64,000 nt of DNA from Calditrichia bacterium. GTDB lineage: Bacteria; Calditrichota; Calditrichia; JAJRVZ01. Below, piece by piece: positions 59,601 through 64,000 of this stretch (positions within the stretch are counted from its first letter, which is position 1; each line of letters starts with the position of its first letter). Made by a program: the position numbers and the translations under genes. The stretch lies in assembly GCA_963777955.1 (NCBI GenBank), contig CAVZSQ010000013.1, forward strand, positions 160,001 to 224,000, written 5' to 3'. The notes beneath the pieces were generated by a model. It made no database searches. It worked only from the letters and a program-made list of their open reading frames with translations, and was not told the origin of the DNA.

Positions 59601-60416
59601 TTGCACTGGGTAAGCAAAGACTTCGCTAATCTCGCTGCCCTGTTCGGCAACCACTTCACCGGTGCCTGTGTCTACCAGGTCCTTGGCCAGCACACGACCA
59701 AGATTCTGCTTGGGATCATGTTTCAGATCGATCGTTTCAGCCAGATTAAACAGATTGATGATTTCCTCGTTAGCCGAAAAACCGATGGCCCGTAGCAACA
59801 TGGTCACCGGAAATTTTTTCTTACGATCGATATATACGAACATCATGTCATTCACATCGGTAGTGAATTCAACCCAGGATCCGCGAAAAGGAATGATACG
59901 TGCTGAAAAAATCGGCGTGCCGTTTGGATGTTCGGTTTGGGAGAAGAAAACACCGGGAGAGCGGTGCAACTGGCTGACCACTACCCGTTCCGCCCCGTTG
60001 ATAATAAATGTTCCGCGCTGGGTCATGTACGGCATATTACCCAGATATACATCCTGTTCGATAAACTCGGTAAAGTTCTCGGTCTCGCCGGTGACATCGC
60101 GGATAGCCAGCCGCATTTTAGCCTTGAGTGGAACGGCATAGGTTACGCCGCGTTCCTGGCATTCCCGCACAGAATATTTAGGTTTATCCAGATAATATTC
60201 AACGAATTGCAATTCATAATTACCGCGGCTATCGGTAATCGGAAAAACACTTTCAAAAACGGATTGCAGTCCTTTGCCGGGTCTTTCAGCAGGTGATACA
60301 TCCTCCATCAGAAATTCCTTAAAGAATTTCACCTGAATATCCATCAGATTAGGATATTCAATGATAGTAGGAATACGGCTAAAGGTTACTCTTTGATTGT
60401 GCTTGGTATTCTCCAA
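56642..60416 (-). CDS. rpoB: RNA polymerase beta subunit; frameshift near 59620
   Basis: ORFs 59583-60416 and 56642-59659 join by removing one base. [44 protein letters not shown]. Confidence 0.98.
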
Positions 60417-60452
60417 GGTTAATCACCTCAATTAGTTAAAGATTAAGATAAA

Positions 60453-60842
60453 TTATTTTATTTCTACCGTTCCACCGGATTCTTCGATCTGTTTTTTAAT
60501 ATCTTCTGCTTCCGCTTTCGAAATTCCATCTTTAATTGTATTGGGTGCATTGTCAACCAGATCTTTAGCTTCTTTCAGACCCAGATTGGTCAGTGCGCGT
60601 ACGACTTTAATCACCTGGATTTTCTTCTCGCCTGCTGATTTCAGTACAACGGCAAATTCAGTTTTTTCTTCAACTGCCTCAGCCGGGGCGGCACCGCCGG
60701 CCTGCGGGGCTGCTGCCATTGCAACCGGTGCTGCTGCGGTCACTCCGAACTTGCTTTCGATATCCTTGATCAGATCCGAGATTTCCAGCATCGTCGCTTT
60801 TTCAAGGTAACTAAGTACATCTTCTCTGCTAACTTGAGCCAT
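60453..60842 (-). CDS. rplL: 50S ribosomal protein L7/L12
   Basis: ATG at 60842; [24 protein letters not shown]...[10 protein letters not shown]. Confidence 0.98.
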   Translation of the reverse strand: MAQVSREDVLSYLEKATMLEISDLIKDIESKFGVTAAAPVAMAAAPQAGGAAPAEAVEEKTEFAVVLKSAGEKKIQVIKVVRALTNLGLKEAKDLVDNAPNTIKDGISKAEAEDIKKQIEESGGTVEIK

Positions 60843-60891
60843 TTTATCCTCCACATTAAATAGAATCTAACAATTTGCTTTATTATTTAAA

Positions 60892-61419
60892 TTATGATTT
60901 AACGTTTTTAACACTGACCAGAGTACCCACCAGTTTCTGACCGCTGGCCTGCAGAACCGCGAGCAACCTGCTCAGCGGGGACTGCAGCATGCCCATTAAC
61001 TGGGCCAGCAACACTTCACGCGACGGCAGATTGGCCAGGACCTCGATTTTATCAGCACCAAAGAGTCTTCCTTCAAAGATGCAACCCTTGATGACCAGGG
61101 ATTTATTTTCTTTAGTCAGCGTCTTATTAAAATCTTTAATCACCCTGATCGGGGCAGCCGCGTCATGTTCACTGAAGGCAAAGGAAGTCATTCCTTTTAA
61201 TATCTGATCCAATCCTTCGATACCGGCATTTTTTAAGGAACGCCTGGCCAGAGTATTTTTCAGTACACAGTAATCCACCTTGGCCTTGCGAAACTGACGG
61301 CGCAGTTCCGTGGTCTGCGCAACATTCATACCGGTAAAATCGGCCAGAAAAATGCTTTTGGACTTTTTAAATTTTATTGCGTATTGGTCAACCTGTTCAA
61401 TTTTCTTTTGCGTCGGCAT
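60892..61419 (-). CDS. rplJ: 50S ribosomal protein L10
   Basis: ELRR..., VLKNTLAR, LPSREVLLAQL; position between rplA and rplL. Confidence 0.96.
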   Translation of the reverse strand: MPTQKKIEQVDQYAIKFKKSKSIFLADFTGMNVAQTTELRRQFRKAKVDYCVLKNTLARRSLKNAGIEGLDQILKGMTSFAFSEHDAAAPIRVIKDFNKTLTKENKSLVIKGCIFEGRLFGADKIEVLANLPSREVLLAQLMGMLQSPLSRLLAVLQASGQKLVGTLVSVKNVKS

Positions 61420-61441
61420 AGTCCATTCCTTAAATAAAATT

Positions 61442-62140
61442 TTAACTTGTATAAGTGTTCATATTTTTATCTAAGAAGATTCCGGGTCCCATGGTACTGG
61501 AGATGGCGATACTTTTGAGATAGATCCCTTTGGCTGAGGTCGGCTTCAGGCGGATTACCATCATGATAAAGGTGCGAATATTCTCGATCAGTTTATTTTC
61601 TTCGAAGGAGATCTTGCCCACACCGGAGTGAATGATACCTGCCTTGTCGACGCGGAAATCAATTTTTCCTGCTTTGATTTCCTTCACTGCCGTGGCCACA
61701 TTTGCTGAAACCGTACCACTTTTAGGATTTGGCATCAAGCCCCGCGTACCCAGAATTTTCCCTAATTTTCCGACCTGGGCCATCACATCGGGCGAGGCGA
61801 CGACCACGTCGAATTCCAGCCAGCCGCCCTGTATTTTTTCAATATACTCTTCCAGGCCTACATAATCTGCGCCGGCTGTTTTCGCTTTTTCCGTATTGTC
61901 GCCTTTGGTCAGGGCCAGCACACGGATCTTTTTACCGGTACCATTGGGCAGAGCTACCGTACCGCGTACCATCTGATCGGCATGACGAGGATCAACACCC
62001 AGACGCATGGCAATTTCCACGGTTTCATCGAACTTGGCGCTGGCGGTTTGTTTGAGTAATTTTACCCCTTCTTCCAGCGAATATTCTTTCTGCCGGTCAA
62101 TCTTCTCAAAAATCCTAGTAAAACGCTTGCTTCGTCTCAT
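61442..62140 (-). CDS. rplA: 50S ribosomal protein L1
   Basis: KFDETVE, DQMVRGTV.LP.GTGK, GLMPNPKSGTV, STMGPG. Confidence 0.98.
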   Translation of the reverse strand: MRRSKRFTRIFEKIDRQKEYSLEEGVKLLKQTASAKFDETVEIAMRLGVDPRHADQMVRGTVALPNGTGKKIRVLALTKGDNTEKAKTAGADYVGLEEYIEKIQGGWLEFDVVVASPDVMAQVGKLGKILGTRGLMPNPKSGTVSANVATAVKEIKAGKIDFRVDKAGIIHSGVGKISFEENKLIENIRTFIMMVIRLKPTSAKGIYLKSIAISSTMGPGIFLDKNMNTYTS

Positions 62141-62160
62141 TGCATTCAACCCCTTTAATA

Positions 62161-62586
62161 TTAACCTTCAACCACGATGCCCATACTGCGAGCAGTACCC
62201 TCGACCATCCTCATCGCACCCTCAATATCTGCGGCATTCAGATCCTGCATTTTCATTGCGGCAATTTCACGAACCTGTTCTCTGGTCACGGTACCGACCT
62301 TGGTGGTATTCGGGATGCCTGATCCTTTTTCAATTTTAGCCGCCTTTATTAACAGTACCGAAGCGGGAGGAGTCTTGGTGACAAAGGAAAAAGAGTGATC
62401 AGCATAAACAGTTATTTCCACCGGAATGATTAGTCCTGCTTTATCCTGCGTTTTGGCGTTATAAGCTTTGCAGAATTCCATGATGTTCACACCATGTTGT
62501 CCCAAAGCCGGTCCCACAGGCGGTGACGGATTGGCCTGCCCTGCCGGTAATTGCAGTTTGATTTTAGCGATTTCTTTCTTTGCCAT
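62161..62586 (-). CDS. rplK: 50S ribosomal protein L11
   Basis: [30 protein letters not shown]. Confidence 0.99.
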   Translation of the reverse strand: MAKKEIAKIKLQLPAGQANPSPPVGPALGQHGVNIMEFCKAYNAKTQDKAGLIIPVEITVYADHSFSFVTKTPPASVLLIKAAKIEKGSGIPNTTKVGTVTREQVREIAAMKMQDLNAADIEGAMRMVEGTARSMGIVVEG

Positions 62587-62625
62587 TATTGCTCTGACCT
62601 CTCGTTCTTAATCCCAGATCTTTTG

Positions 62626-63169
62626 TTATTTTTCCAATTCGACTTGCAGAAAATCCAATTCCACGGGAGTTGGTCTGCCAAAAATGCTGATATTTACTTT
62701 TACTTTATTCTTTTCATCATTTATTTCTTCCACAAAACCGGTAAAATCGTTGAACGGACCATCGGTCACCCGGATCGGATCACCAATTTTAAACGGCGCT
62801 TTGAGTTTTCCCTTGACTTCGGTTTCGCGCCCGCTTTCAATTTTGCCGAGAATACGATCAACCTCCACATCGCGTAACGGGGTCGGTTCGTTTTTGGGTC
62901 CGACAAAACTGATCACCCCCGGCGCATTAGAGACCACATGATGGGTCTGATTATCCAGCACCATTTCGATCAGAATATAACCCGGGAAGAAAACACGGTT
63001 TTTGACGCGTTTTTTACCATCCCGCATTTCGATCACATTTTCGGAAGGAATAATAATCCGGCCGATTTTATCTTCGATTCCCTTGAGTTTAATCTCAGAC
63101 TTCTATGTGCGCCTTAACTCTGGCTTCCTGACCGGAATAAATCCGCAGTGTATACCATTTTTTTACCAA
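62626..63169 (-). CDS. nusG: Transcription factor NusG; frameshift near 63100
   Basis: TTG start at 63169 gives MVKKWYTLRIYSGQEARVK, then FFPGYILIEM and KOW GPFNDF.G...IFGRPTPVEL.F.QV. Confidence 0.96.
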
Positions 63170-63193
63170 TCTGATTTTCCTCTCAATGGTTAA

Positions 63194-63385
63194 CTAAAAC
63201 AGATTCATTAAAAAGCGCATCGTCCACGCTAAAATATATTCAACTCCAAAAATATAAATGGTGAACATGAGACTAACGACAGCGACAATCAGTGATGAAT
63301 TTATCAGTTCTTCCCGTGTCGGCCAGGAAACTTTAAGCATCTCGGCTTTGACATCAGCATAAAAGGTGACGATTTTCTTGAACAT
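63194..63385 (-). CDS. secE: Preprotein translocase SecE
   Basis: ATG at 63385; EMLKVSWPTREEL followed by one TM helix; between tRNA-Trp and nusG. Confidence 0.95.
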   Translation of the reverse strand: MFKKIVTFYADVKAEMLKVSWPTREELINSSLIVAVVSLMFTIYIFGVEYILAWTMRFLMNLF

Positions 63386-63409
63386 GATCTTTTCCCTATC
63401 GATAGTATC

Positions 63410-63486
63410 TGGCAGGCCTGGAGGGACTTGAACCCCCAACCCCCGGTTTTGGAGACCGGTGCTCTAGCCAATTGAGCTACAGGCCT
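63410..63486 (-). tRNA. trnW: tRNA-Trp (CCA)
   Basis: AGGCCTGTAGCTCAATTGGCTAGAGCACCGGTCTCCAAAACCGGGGGTTGGGGGTTCAAGTCCCTCCAGGCCTGCCA: cloverleaf, anticodon CCA, encoded 3' CCA. Confidence 0.97.
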
Positions 63487-63501
63487 AACGGCAGAATAAT
63501 T

Positions 63502-64000
63502 TTATTTAACTATTTCCGTTACCACACCGGCACCAACCGTACGGCCGCCTTCGCGAATTGCAAAGCGCAATTCCTTCTCCATGGCTATCTCTTTCTGCAA
63601 TTCCACGTCTACGGTTATGTTATCGCCCGGCATCACCATCTCCACTCCGGCAGGCAACGTCACCGAACCCGTCACATCCGTCGTCCGAAAATAAAACTGC
63701 GGACGATAACCGTTGAAAAACGGCGTATGACGCCCTCCTTCTTCCTTCGACAATACGTAGACCTCGCCCTTGAACTTCGTGTGCGGCGTGATACTGCCCG
63801 TCTTGGCACAGACCATCCCGCGCTCCAACTCCGTCTTCTCCACCCCGCGCAATAACAACCCAACATTATCACCGGCCTGACCATCATCCAGCAACTTCCG
63901 GAACATCTCCACTCCCGTCACCACCGTCTTGCGATGTATTCCCAGTCCGATTACTTCAATCTCATCCCCAACCTTCACCTGTCCACGCTCGATACGGCCT
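63502..64000 (-). CDS. tuf: Elongation factor Tu, second copy (3' part; 5' end outside the window)
   Basis: Protein identical to the C-terminal part of 48128-49318; DNA differs at only a few synonymous sites. Confidence 0.98.
   Translation of the reverse strand, partial: GRIERGQVKVGDEIEVIGLGIHRKTVVTGVEMFRKLLDDGQAGDNVGLLLRGVEKTELERGMVCAKTGSITPHTKFKGEVYVLSKEEGGRHTPFFNGYRPQFYFRTTDVTGSVTLPAGVEMVMPGDNITVDVELQKEIAMEKELRFAIREGGRTVGAGVVTEIVK

Noticed and set aside
56642..60416. rpoB apparently split into two genes
   Set aside because: The ORFs overlap and join by removing a single base near 59620, the same error pattern seen in many other genes.
63386..63439. N-terminal extension of secE in the ORF track (MGVQVPPGLP...)
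   Set aside because: It overlaps the tRNA-Trp T-arm; the ATG at 63385 is the plausible start.

Overview
Bacterial chromosomal window (GC estimated by eye at roughly 45%) with every real gene on the minus strand. Secreted proteins with a QNYPNPFNP-type C-terminal domain, Gln-initial mature proteins and RpoC insertions point to the FCB group or a close relative such as Calditrichota or KSB1 (inference). Right half (33.4-64 kb): one uninterrupted housekeeping superoperon, tuf(partial)-tRNA-Trp-secE-nusG-rplKAJL-rpoBC-rpsLG-fusA-tuf-S10-spc-alpha, closed by a terminator at the rplQ stop. Left half is accessory. It holds a short island (TPR-PDZ-CsgG-like protein, orphan NTF2-fold immunity-like protein, REP-like hairpins, a purine-rich 8-mer tract). 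It also holds a tightly packed GHL10-hutU-parA-response regulator-cheW-MCP-cheA run that looks like a Pil-Chp/cyanobacterial-type (Tfp class) chemosensory system with its own ParA; this is the best candidate for an undescribed system. After it come a beta-helix/TonB_C fusion, a metalloenzyme, a deoxynucleoside kinase, a GT4 and a HAD hydrolase, then two giant repetitive secreted proteins. Many genes, including essential ones (rpoA, rpoB, rplP, rpsQ, nusG), are broken by single-base insertions, most simply explained as long-read consensus error. All family calls come from motif recognition by eye; no database searches were run.
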